Virus record (IMG/VR): IMGVR_UViG_3300009181_000064
Coordinates: 7,229 to 71,228 of that record
DNA length: 64,000 bases
Strand: one strand, 5' to 3'
Origin: a virus
Below the pieces are notes generated by a model. It was not told the DNA's origin. It did not search any database and saw only the letters and a list, made by a program, of their open reading frames with translations. Shown piece after piece: positions 19,731 through 28,836 of this stretch. The translations under genes were made by a program, and so were the position numbers. Each line of letters starts with the position of its first letter. Within the stretch, counting starts at the first letter, position 1.

Positions 19731-22700
19731 ATGCCAACATATTCTGTAAGTAACGTAAACATAGGTACCACCGCAAATGATGGCAGTGGCGATCCAATAC
19801 GCACCGCATTTTTAAAAATAAATCAAAATTTTACAAATGTGTATGCGTATGCTAATTTAGCATACTATAATGGCGTAGGAGGTGGCAACGGCGGCGGCAA
19901 CGGTACAACCATAATTAATAACTACGGCGGGTTTGAAGGTTGGCCAAATATAACAACAACTAATTTAGCAATTTTAACAACTAAATTGGCAACTGTTAAC
20001 CCCACAAATCTAAGCGACCTTGCAAACGCATTGTCAAATGTGCAGCCTGTTAATCTGGGACTACTAAATAATGCTTTAGCAAATGTATCTCCAGTATATT
20101 TGGGTAATTTACAAAATGTGTTGGCAAATGTTGTGACCGTAAATTTAGGCAATTTACAAAATGTACTTGCAACAGTAAACGTAACATCTTTAACAAATTT
20201 CACAAACGTAATTAATTCTATAACAGCAAATGCAAATGCTGCAGGCAGAGTTAGTTTAGTAAGTAATCTTTCAGCAAATGGTACTGCAAACGGTCAATCA
20301 GTCTATAATACTACAAATGGTGGATTGTATATTTGGACTGGGAACGCTTGGGTAAGCCCGGGAGCATCATTTACCCCTACTGCAACATCATTGGCATCTA
20401 TTGAAATTTGGACAACTACTCCTAAACCCACTGCAAATTTATTTGAAGGTAGAACAATTTTTAATAATCCTGATAGTAATTTATACATCTATGTAAACAG
20501 TGCATGGACAAATTACAATACGTATATTGCAGGGTCTGGTACTCCTACAATTGCTGCAGACAGTATTGCAACAAATATGTTACAGGCCAATGTAATAACT
20601 GCAACTAAAATTGCAACAGGCGCAATCGTTGCTGGTAAAATTGCAGCTGGCGCTATAACTGCAACAGAAATTGCTGCAGGAAATATTACAGCTAGTTTAT
20701 TAGCGGCAAATGCTGTTATTGCTGGTAAAATTGCGGCGGGTGTTATTACTGCAGGCGAAATAGCTGCAGGTGCAATTACCGCAACTGCTATTGCTGCAAA
20801 CGCAATTACAACTTTAAAAATTGAAGCGGGTGCAATTACATCAAATTTAATTCAAGCAAATGCAATTACATCTGTACAAATAGCAGCAAATTCTATATAC
20901 GCAAACGCAATTCAATCGAATTCCATTGAAACGCGTATGCTAAGAGCGAATATAATTACCGCAGTAGAAATAGCGGCTAATTCAGTATACGCAAACGCAA
21001 TTCAATCTAATTCTATTGAAACTAGAATGTTGCGTGCAAATATCATTACCGCGGTAGAAATAGCGGCTAATTCTGTTTATGCAAACGCAATTCAATCGAA
21101 TTCCATTGAAACGCGTATGCTAAGAGCGAATATTATTACCGCAGTGCAAATAGCTGCAAATTCTATTTATGCTGGTGCATTGATGGCAAATGTTATTACT
21201 GCAAACGAAATTGCAGCAAATGCTATTACTGCTGTAGAACTTGCAGCAAATGCAGTATATGCCGAAGCAATCATGGCAAATGCAATTACAGCAAATAAAA
21301 TTAGTGCTAACGCAATTACTGCAGTACATGTCGGCGCAAATGTGATTACTGCGGGTATGATTGACTCCAGAGGATTATCAATTAGAGATAATAATGGTAA
21401 TGTATTGTTTGCGGCGGGCACTGGATTATTATCAGGCAACATATTGGTTAGTACTGCAGGCGGTACTCAAACTCTTGCTGCTCTTACTGCGAATGCAACT
21501 CCTAAATGGTTAGATTTAAAGAATGACGCTCCTGGGTTTGGAGTAGCAAATGGTACATGGACAAATCAGTCTAACATTTATTTTACTGCTAATTTAAATG
21601 GCATGACCGGCACACCTACCTTTACTATAACAAATGGTACAGGCACTTTATCAACTACAACTTTAAGAGGTAGTGGTGCTGCACTACCATCAAATGCTAG
21701 AAAATTGTTTTTTGAGGATATGACGACTGATTCATTGACTATTAAAGCAAATTTTACCGATAGTAGTACTGTATATGAAGATATAGTTAGTGTTTACAAA
21801 GTATATAACGGAAACACCACTCCGCTAATGTATTTGACAGATGAGAATAGAACTTTGCCTGCAGACAATGGCGGCACCGTTAGTTCTTTTTCTGGAGTTG
21901 CAACTGAAGCAGTTGTTTATTTGGGATTGGTAAACGATACTAATAATTGGGCATTTAATTCTACAGCATCGGGATGTACTATTACACAGTCAGGTACAGG
22001 CAATAGAACAATCACAATTACCGCAATGTCTGCTGATACAGCAACTGTAACTGTTGTTGGATCAAGATCAGGATATTCTAATTTAACAAGAATATATAAA
22101 TTATCCAAAGCAAAACAAGGTGCTCAAGGAACAAACGGAACAAATGGTACTAACGGAACATCTGGTACTCGAGGATCAATACAAACATCTGGAGTTGCAT
22201 CATCTTGGACAGACGCTGCAGCATATGCTGCAATAGTTGCGAAGGGTGGAGTTACCCCTATTATAACAGACCAAGTTACTTTATCCAATGGCACAAATTT
22301 TTCGGAAACAAAGGTATGTAGTGCTGGCGGAAACCCTGGAACATGGACAACAGTTGTGGCAGTATTTAATGGTTCATTATTAGTAAACGGAACTGTAATT
22401 GCAGACAAAATTGCAACAAGTGCTATCACCACAGACAAAATTGCAACAGATGCAATCACAACTGGAAAAATTGCAACAGGCGCTGTTACTGCAGATGAAA
22501 TTGCGGTAGGTGCACTTACAGCTGACAAAATTGCTGCAAGCTCTGCAACATTAGCATCTACTGGACTATTTGGATTTGGTACCGGATTTAATATAGCGGG
22601 CTTTGGTGCGGTTGGCGGATTTGAAAGCATTTCCAATAGCCATTTTGGAGTGATAGGAGCAAGTAGTTCTACTCAACCAGGCGGGGTGTTTGCAAATAGA

Positions 22701-23564
22701 AACGTCAATGGGGACATAAGTACAGTTGGTATGTTTAAATTTAGAACTAGTTCATACCTTGGCGGCAGTCCTAATATGTGGACTTATGCTAGTTTTTGTA
22801 CTTCCTCATTTTCTTATTATGGGGTAAGTTATTATCCAACGACGGGGTATGCAAAAACAAACGTACAACTTGATACAGCGAGCGCTGCAGGAGCTTTTAG
22901 CTATTCACCAAACAGTGCAACTGGTTTGCCCCAGACCTCCTCGGTTCAATTTGCACTGTCTGATGGTACAGCTGTTAGAGTATTCACTGGAACAATTAAA
23001 AATGCTGCAGGTGCAGTTGTTGCATTTACAGGATCACATGATGGCTTAGTATTACCTACTGAAACTATTGAATTAGGTGACATTTTAGTTGACGTGGATA
23101 TTATTGCAAAACGGGATATGAGCGATGCTATAAGTACACTTACAAAATCAACGCAAATAAATCAAAAATCAGTTTTTGGAGTTTTACGACAATATGCCCA
23201 AGAAAATTATATTCCATATTGTCTAGCAGAAGAATATCAGGAAGAAGTGGTTGTGCAACAAGGCGAAGGTTCCACATCTTCATCAATTTGGAAAGAAAGA
23301 TTAAATCCTATTCATCAAACAGTAGTGGACAATCACAAATTTGTATTTACTAATAGTATAGGCGAAGGATTAATCAATGTTTGCGGTGAAAACGGAAATA
23401 TTGAAATAGGTGATTTAATATCTTCATCGTCAATCCCCGGAAAAGGTATGAAACAAGATGATGATATAATTAGAAGTTATACTGTAGCAAAAGCTAGAGA
23501 AACTGTGACATTCTCATCACCAACAGAAGTTAAGCAAATTGCTTGTACTTATCACTGTGGATAA
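19731..23564 (+). CDS. Tail fibre / receptor-binding protein with repeats and a C-terminal chaperone-like domain
   Basis: N-terminal NIGTTANDGSGDPIRTAF.KIN.NF anchor motif, long 10-residue A.AITA..IA repeats, GTNGTNGTNG collagen-like run, C-terminal FTGSHDG...GDLISSS.IPG.GMKQDDD...YTVAK...CTYHCG. Confidence 0.8.
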   Translation: MPTYSVSNVNIGTTANDGSGDPIRTAFLKINQNFTNVYAYANLAYYNGVGGGNGGGNGTTIINNYGGFEGWPNITTTNLAILTTKLATVNPTNLSDLANALSNVQPVNLGLLNNALANVSPVYLGNLQNVLANVVTVNLGNLQNVLATVNVTSLTNFTNVINSITANANAAGRVSLVSNLSANGTANGQSVYNTTNGGLYIWTGNAWVSPGASFTPTATSLASIEIWTTTPKPTANLFEGRTIFNNPDSNLYIYVNSAWTNYNTYIAGSGTPTIAADSIATNMLQANVITATKIATGAIVAGKIAAGAITATEIAAGNITASLLAANAVIAGKIAAGVITAGEIAAGAITATAIAANAITTLKIEAGAITSNLIQANAITSVQIAANSIYANAIQSNSIETRMLRANIITAVEIAANSVYANAIQSNSIETRMLRANIITAVEIAANSVYANAIQSNSIETRMLRANIITAVQIAANSIYAGALMANVITANEIAANAITAVELAANAVYAEAIMANAITANKISANAITAVHVGANVITAGMIDSRGLSIRDNNGNVLFAAGTGLLSGNILVSTAGGTQTLAALTANATPKWLDLKNDAPGFGVANGTWTNQSNIYFTANLNGMTGTPTFTITNGTGTLSTTTLRGSGAALPSNARKLFFEDMTTDSLTIKANFTDSSTVYEDIVSVYKVYNGNTTPLMYLTDENRTLPADNGGTVSSFSGVATEAVVYLGLVNDTNNWAFNSTASGCTITQSGTGNRTITITAMSADTATVTVVGSRSGYSNLTRIYKLSKAKQGAQGTNGTNGTNGTSGTRGSIQTSGVASSWTDAAAYAAIVAKGGVTPIITDQVTLSNGTNFSETKVCSAGGNPGTWTTVVAVFNGSLLVNGTVIADKIATSAITTDKIATDAITTGKIATGAVTADEIAVGALTADKIAASSATLASTGLFGFGTGFNIAGFGAVGGFESISNSHFGVIGASSSTQPGGVFANRNVNGDISTVGMFKFRTSSYLGGSPNMWTYASFCTSSFSYYGVSYYPTTGYAKTNVQLDTASAAGAFSYSPNSATGLPQTSSVQFALSDGTAVRVFTGTIKNAAGAVVAFTGSHDGLVLPTETIELGDILVDVDIIAKRDMSDAISTLTKSTQINQKSVFGVLRQYAQENYIPYCLAEEYQEEVVVQQGEGSTSSSIWKERLNPIHQTVVDNHKFVFTNSIGEGLINVCGENGNIEIGDLISSSSIPGKGMKQDDDIIRSYTVAKARETVTFSSPTEVKQIACTYHCG
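20901..21170 (+). repeat. Three tandem 90-nt (30-aa) repeats in the tail fibre
   Basis: ANAIQSNSIETRMLRANIITAV(E/Q)IAANS(V/I)Y x3, starting at 20901, 20991 and 21081. Confidence 0.9.
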
Positions 23565-23567
23565 TAA

Positions 23568-24332
23568 ATGGCAACAACTAAAAATTTAGTAATAGACCAA
23601 GGCGCAACATTTAGCGCCAATATCCAATTTTTGGATACTAGCAAAAATCCAATCTCATTGGCAGGTTATAGTGTTCGTAGTAAAATGCGAACATCTTATG
23701 ATGCATCAAATGCTGCAATTTTAACCGCAAATATTGTTAATGCAACAACAGGAAATGTTAATTTATTTTTAACTGCAGCAAATACATCATTATTACCGCA
23801 AGGTAGGTATGTATATGATGTTGAAGCATATTCAGGCAATATTGTTGTTAGAATTGTTGAAGGATCTATTACAGTAATGCCGGGAGTTTCTGGAGATTCT
23901 ACAGGATCAATTTTAAAACAAACTATCAATAGTTTAGTCAATGGCAGTAAAATAGTTAGCTTAGATATTATTGGTAACGTAACATTTCCTACTGGTAGTA
24001 AAATATTAAATGGTTATCCAGGGCCCGCCGGATCATCTGGGGACGGGCAAAGTTGGTTTGTAACATCCAACATTGGTGGCGGAGTTGCTAGTACAGATGG
24101 CAAAAATTATGTACAGGTAGATACTAACGGTTTATATATCGGTACCAATTATACTGCTAATACAGGAAATACGTGGGTCTTTAGTACAAATGGTGGGTTA
24201 ACATTCCCAGATAGTACTTCTCAATCTACAGCGTTTATTTCAAATAACTATATTAGTAAATCATTGTTTAAATCTATTGTTGCTAATAGTAATTCGTGGG
24301 CTAATTTCCAAGCAAACATTGCGGCGCTATAA
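23568..24332 (+). CDS. Virion accessory / fibre-associated protein
   Basis: NLVIDQGATF...L.GY..RSKMR.SY...GRYVYDVE...RIVEG.ITV.PGV N-terminal domain common in T4-like virion genes; GGLTFPD.T.Q.TA motif. Confidence 0.6.
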   Translation: MATTKNLVIDQGATFSANIQFLDTSKNPISLAGYSVRSKMRTSYDASNAAILTANIVNATTGNVNLFLTAANTSLLPQGRYVYDVEAYSGNIVVRIVEGSITVMPGVSGDSTGSILKQTINSLVNGSKIVSLDIIGNVTFPTGSKILNGYPGPAGSSGDGQSWFVTSNIGGGVASTDGKNYVQVDTNGLYIGTNYTANTGNTWVFSTNGGLTFPDSTSQSTAFISNNYISKSLFKSIVANSNSWANFQANIAAL

Positions 24333-24335
24333 ATA
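24328..24335 (+). promoter_or_regulatory. T4-type late promoter
   Basis: TATAAATA 16 nt upstream of the gp13 start. Confidence 0.75.
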
Positions 24336-24351
24336 CACAAAAGGATAACAA

Positions 24352-25095
24352 ATGGCATCTGTAACATCTAGAGAACAATTAAAAGATTATTGCCTAAGGC
24401 AATTGGGTGCTCCTGTAATTGAAATAAATGTGGATGACGATCAAGTTGAAGATCGTATTGATGATGCTTTCCAATTCTATCGTGAGTATCATTTTGATGC
24501 TGTAGAAAAAGTTTACCTAAAGCATGAGATGACTGCTAACAATATTTCGGCACAATATGTAGAGCTACCTGACGCAATTGTGGGCGTTGAACGAATATTT
24601 CCCTTTATGAACAAGTCTACGGGAACCAACATATTTGATATTAAATACCAAATTCTAATCAATGATCTATACACCCTAACATCAACTGATTTGATTTATT
24701 ATACATCAGTAAGACAGGAGTTGGAACTAATTAATCAATTGCTTGTGGGACAAAAACCCATAAGGTTTAATAGACATATGAATAGGTTAATGATTGACAT
24801 GGACTGGAGCGCAGATGTTGCTCAGGGTACATATATTATTGTAGAATGCTGGAGAATATTAGATCCAGATGTTTATACCGATGTATATAACGATATGTTC
24901 TTAAAAAGATATGCTACTGCTCAAATTAAAAAACAATGGGGTAATAATTTGAAGAAGTTTGCAGGTGTACAACTTCCCGGAGGAGTAACACTAAACGGTG
25001 AGATTGTGTATCAAGAAGCAGTGGAAGAAATAAGACAAATTGAAACAGAGATTCAATCTAGATTTGAATTACCTGTAGATATGTTTGTTGGATAA
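24352..25095 (+). CDS. gp13: Neck protein gp13
   Basis: SREQLKDYCLRQLGAPVIEINVDDDQVEDRIDDA, LKRYATAQIKKQWG.NL.KF.GVQLPGGVTLNG. Confidence 0.95.
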   Translation: MASVTSREQLKDYCLRQLGAPVIEINVDDDQVEDRIDDAFQFYREYHFDAVEKVYLKHEMTANNISAQYVELPDAIVGVERIFPFMNKSTGTNIFDIKYQILINDLYTLTSTDLIYYTSVRQELELINQLLVGQKPIRFNRHMNRLMIDMDWSADVAQGTYIIVECWRILDPDVYTDVYNDMFLKRYATAQIKKQWGNNLKKFAGVQLPGGVTLNGEIVYQEAVEEIRQIETEIQSRFELPVDMFVG

Positions 25096-25173
25096 TTAAT
25101 GCTTCTTATCACTGAGCCTCATAGCATATACTAACATCTTGTCAATAGATTGTCAATAGAAACATAATATAAA

Positions 25174-25926
25174 ATGGCAACCGTAAATCCATATTTTCAC
25201 TCCGGCGTACCCATGGGACGCGGATCGGAGCAAAACCTATATGAAGACTTAATCATAGAGTGCTTGAAGATTTATGGTTTCGAATTGTATTATCTGCCTC
25301 GCAAGGCCTACAATGAAGATCGTATTTTGGGTGAAGATCCGTTAAACAATTACGAACATGCTTATCCAATTGAGATGTATTTGGAAAGCAATACAGGATT
25401 TGAAGGCCAAGGCGAGTTCTTATCTAAGTTTGGTGTTGAGACAGTTGAGAATGCTAATTTCGTAGTCTCAAGAAAACGTTGGTTAGAGATTGCTGGCAAT
25501 ACCGGCAATACTGTTTTGGCAACCAGACCAGCTGAAGGTGACATCTTATTCTTCCCATTAACGAAATCATATTTTGAAATACGCAAGGTAGAAGGAGATA
25601 AACCGTTCTTTCAACTTGGTAAATTATATGTCTACAGATTAACTTGCGAATTGATGCAGTTCTCAAGCGAAGTTATTAACACGGGTATTGCTGAAATTGA
25701 TACTTATCCAGATGGTATAAATGAAGATATTCGCAACTTTGGTTTACTACAAGAAAATGGCGATGAATTATTGTTTGAATACAATACAGAAACTCCAATC
25801 GTCAACGAATCATATTCTATAATACACGCCGATGATGGTGGCGCACGAAACGAAGATTTTGATACTAACATTACAGACATTTTAGATTTCAGCGAAAGAA
25901 ATCCTTTTGGAGAGGCATTTAAATAA
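25174..25926 (+). CDS. gp14: Neck protein gp14
   Basis: EQNLYEDLIIE.LKIYG..YYLPR, LSKFG, RP.EGDILFFPL, PFFQLGK.YVY.L.CEL, DFSERNPFGE. Confidence 0.95.
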   Translation: MATVNPYFHSGVPMGRGSEQNLYEDLIIECLKIYGFELYYLPRKAYNEDRILGEDPLNNYEHAYPIEMYLESNTGFEGQGEFLSKFGVETVENANFVVSRKRWLEIAGNTGNTVLATRPAEGDILFFPLTKSYFEIRKVEGDKPFFQLGKLYVYRLTCELMQFSSEVINTGIAEIDTYPDGINEDIRNFGLLQENGDELLFEYNTETPIVNESYSIIHADDGGARNEDFDTNITDILDFSERNPFGEAFK

Positions 25927-26678
25927 TGTTAGATCAACGATTTTACTGGGGAACAATTCGTAAATCAATTATTGCTTTTGGCAATATGTTCAACGATATT
26001 AATGTTGAACGCCGAGATGCCGACGGAAATATTGTTCAAATATTAAAGGTACCTTTATCTTATTCAGGTAAGGCAAAAGCCCTTGCACGAATTCAGCAAC
26101 GACCCAATGTTGACGATAGAAACGTGCAAATAATTGTACCGAGAATGGCGTTTGAGATGTCAACTCTTCAATATGATTTTAATCGTAAAATAAGTCCTTT
26201 ACAACAAAGCAGATCAGTAAATACTACAAGTACAACTCTTGATTCACAGTATGCTCCTACTCCGTATAATATTAATGTGCAATTGTATATATACGTTAAG
26301 AATCAAGATGATGGATTACAAATTGTAGAACAGATTTTACCTTATTTTAATCCTGACTATAACTTAACAGTGAAGTCAATTCCACAATTAAATATTATGA
26401 ATGACTTGCCCATAATTTTGGATTCAGTTAATTTTGAAGATAATTATGAGGGTGAGTTTGACGATAGAAGAACTATCATATGGACATTATCGTTTACTAT
26501 GAAACTTAATTTTTATGGCCCGGTTAACAAACAAGGTGTTATTAGAAAAGTTGTTACTAGTACATATAATGATGTTGCATTGTCGCAAAAACAAACAACA
26601 CTTACTGTTGAACCTGATCCATTGACAGCAAAACCGGGCGATGATATTGGATTTACTGATACATTTGAAAACTTTTAA
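25926..26678 (+). CDS. gp15: Tail sheath stabilizer / terminator gp15
   Basis: FY.GTIRK.IIAFG.MFNDI, KVPLSY, PRMAFE, P.PYNI, DGLQIVEQILPYF.P, RR.IIWTL.FT.K. Confidence 0.95.
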   Translation: MLDQRFYWGTIRKSIIAFGNMFNDINVERRDADGNIVQILKVPLSYSGKAKALARIQQRPNVDDRNVQIIVPRMAFEMSTLQYDFNRKISPLQQSRSVNTTSTTLDSQYAPTPYNINVQLYIYVKNQDDGLQIVEQILPYFNPDYNLTVKSIPQLNIMNDLPIILDSVNFEDNYEGEFDDRRTIIWTLSFTMKLNFYGPVNKQGVIRKVVTSTYNDVALSQKQTTLTVEPDPLTAKPGDDIGFTDTFENF

Positions 26679-27109
26679 TGAAAAATATACCTGAACTTGA
26701 TAAAATATTTGATATTAGCCCAGTTGATGAGGTAGATTTGCCTACGACATTACCCGTAGTTAGTGATGCACAATCTAAACAATTAGATCAAGAAGATGAT
26801 TATCAATTAGCAAGAAACACTTTGCGTAATTTAATAGTAAAAAGTGAAGATACTCTAGATCAAATGATAGATCTTGCTAAAAATTCTGAGCATCCTAGAA
26901 CATATGAAGTTGCTGGCCAACTAATTAAAACAGTCTCCGATGTAGCAAAAGATTTAATGGAACTTCAAAAGAAGGTCAAAGATCTGAAAAAAGATGAACC
27001 GGATAACATTAAAAACATTACAAATAATAATGTAGTGTTTGCAGGATCTACCGCAGAGTTAATGAAAATGCTTGGCAAAAAAGACGACGGTAAAACAATT
27101 GAGCAATAA
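26678..27109 (+). CDS. gp16: Terminase small subunit gp16
   Basis: DDYQLARNTL, A..SEHPR.YEVAGQLIK, NNNVVF.GST.EL.KML. Confidence 0.93.
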   Translation: MKNIPELDKIFDISPVDEVDLPTTLPVVSDAQSKQLDQEDDYQLARNTLRNLIVKSEDTLDQMIDLAKNSEHPRTYEVAGQLIKTVSDVAKDLMELQKKVKDLKKDEPDNIKNITNNNVVFAGSTAELMKMLGKKDDGKTIEQ

Positions 27110-28766
27110 ACAAATATCATATAACGGCAATCCCAATCTTAAACCAATTGGTACCGTAGAATCATACTCAGCTGAGCAAGTTAAAGAACTTATGCGCTGT
27201 ATGAGCGATCCCATCTATTTCATAGAAAACTATTGTAAGATTGTATCATTAGATCGTGGTTTAATAGATTTTAAGCTTTATGATTGCCAAAAAGAAAAAG
27301 TAGATGTTATACTGAATAATCGTAAAGTTATTTTGATGGAAGGTCGCCAACAGGGCAAAACTATTACCGCTGCCGCATGTATTCTTTGGTACACATTATT
27401 TCAAGAAAACAAAACGGTTGCTATTCTGGCAAACAAATCATCGGCCGCGCGCGAGGTTCTTTCTAGATATGAACTAATGTATGAGATGCTTCCTATGTGG
27501 ATGCAACAAGGTGTTAAAACATTTAACAAGGGCGACATTGAACTTGAGAATGGTTCTAAAGTATTTACTGCAGCAACAAGCTCATCTGGTATTCGTGGTA
27601 AATCTGTAAACTGGTTATACATTGACGAAGCTGCTATTATTCCAAATAATGTTGCTGAAGATTTCTTCACATCTGTTTATCCAACAATTTCTGCTGGCAA
27701 CACAACAAAGATTTTACTCACATCTACACCGCTAGGATATAATCACTTCTGGAAGTTCTGGAATGAAGCGGAGCAGGGACTAAATGGGTTTGTTCCATTG
27801 TTTATCCCGTATAGCAGAATTCCGGGTAGAGATGAAAAATGGGCCAATGAGCAAAAATCAATGTTAGGTGAATTAAAGTTTAACCAAGAGGTTTTATGTA
27901 GATTCCTTGGTTCTTCTAATACTTTAATTAATCCCGACACTATTGGCAGAATGTCTACAAAGCAGTTTGTATATACAAAAGATGGATTAGATATTCTTCA
28001 AGAGCCAGAAGAAGACCACGTATATATGCTTGTGGCAGATACTTCGCGCGGTGTAGGTGGGGATTACTCAGCGTTTGCAGTAATGGATATCACATCTTAT
28101 CCATTTACAGTAGTTGCTAAGTATCGAAGTAACAGAATAAGTCCGTTGTTATTTCCCAACATTATAGAAAAAGTAGCTAAAGATTACCACAAGGCATACT
28201 GCTTGGTAGAAATCAACGATAACGGGCAACAGGTAGCAGATTCCCTATATACTGATCTGGAATATGAGAATGTATTCTTTGTGGGAAGCAGTAGCAAATC
28301 TGGTCAATATTTGTCCGGAGGATTTACCCCAGGGGCAACACTGGGTGTTAGAACTACGAAACAGGTAAAACGACTTGGATGTACGACATTTAAGAGTTTA
28401 GTAGAAGGAACAAAACTTCTAATACATGACCCAGAAATAATCGAAGAAATTTCCACATTCATTGAAGTCCGGGGAACGCATAAGGCAGACGAAGGATATC
28501 ATGACGACCTAGTAATGTGTTTGGTATTATTCTCTTGGGCAACAAACGAACCGTTCTTCAAAGATTTAACAGATTCAAATCTCAGAAAAGCTTTGTATGA
28601 AGAACAATTTAAGCAAATCGAGGAGAATCTAACTCCTTTTGGTATAGTAAATGATGGACTTCCTCAGAAGGAAGAACCGGTAGTAATGGGTGACGATCTT
28701 TGGTTTTCAGCAGATCCGGCAAAAGAAATGGAAAAACTTAAAACTAAATGGATGGAAAATGTCTAA
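27099..28766 (+). CDS. gp17: Terminase large subunit gp17
   Basis: YNGNPNLK, RQQGKT (Walker A), YIDEAA (Walker B), STP.G.NHF, DTSRGVGGDYS, HDDLVM. Start uncertain (TTG at 27099 or 27072). No intron or intein evident. Confidence 0.96.
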   Translation: MSNKQISYNGNPNLKPIGTVESYSAEQVKELMRCMSDPIYFIENYCKIVSLDRGLIDFKLYDCQKEKVDVILNNRKVILMEGRQQGKTITAAACILWYTLFQENKTVAILANKSSAAREVLSRYELMYEMLPMWMQQGVKTFNKGDIELENGSKVFTAATSSSGIRGKSVNWLYIDEAAIIPNNVAEDFFTSVYPTISAGNTTKILLTSTPLGYNHFWKFWNEAEQGLNGFVPLFIPYSRIPGRDEKWANEQKSMLGELKFNQEVLCRFLGSSNTLINPDTIGRMSTKQFVYTKDGLDILQEPEEDHVYMLVADTSRGVGGDYSAFAVMDITSYPFTVVAKYRSNRISPLLFPNIIEKVAKDYHKAYCLVEINDNGQQVADSLYTDLEYENVFFVGSSSKSGQYLSGGFTPGATLGVRTTKQVKRLGCTTFKSLVEGTKLLIHDPEIIEEISTFIEVRGTHKADEGYHDDLVMCLVLFSWATNEPFFKDLTDSNLRKALYEEQFKQIEENLTPFGIVNDGLPQKEEPVVMGDDLWFSADPAKEMEKLKTKWMENV

Positions 28767-28777
28767 AAACTTATACT

Positions 28778-28785
28778 TATAAATA
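28778..28785 (+). promoter_or_regulatory. T4-type late promoter
   Basis: TATAAATA upstream of gp18. Confidence 0.75.
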
Positions 28786-28836
28786 AATAGTAATCAATAG
28801 TTATATAACTATATAAAAATCTTTAAGGAGAATAAG

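Noticed and set aside
20901-21170. Repeat array considered as a CRISPR array or DGR template/variable repeat
   Set aside because: The units are contiguous, in frame and without spacers. Differences are mostly synonymous and not adenine-specific, and no cas or reverse transcriptase gene is in the window.
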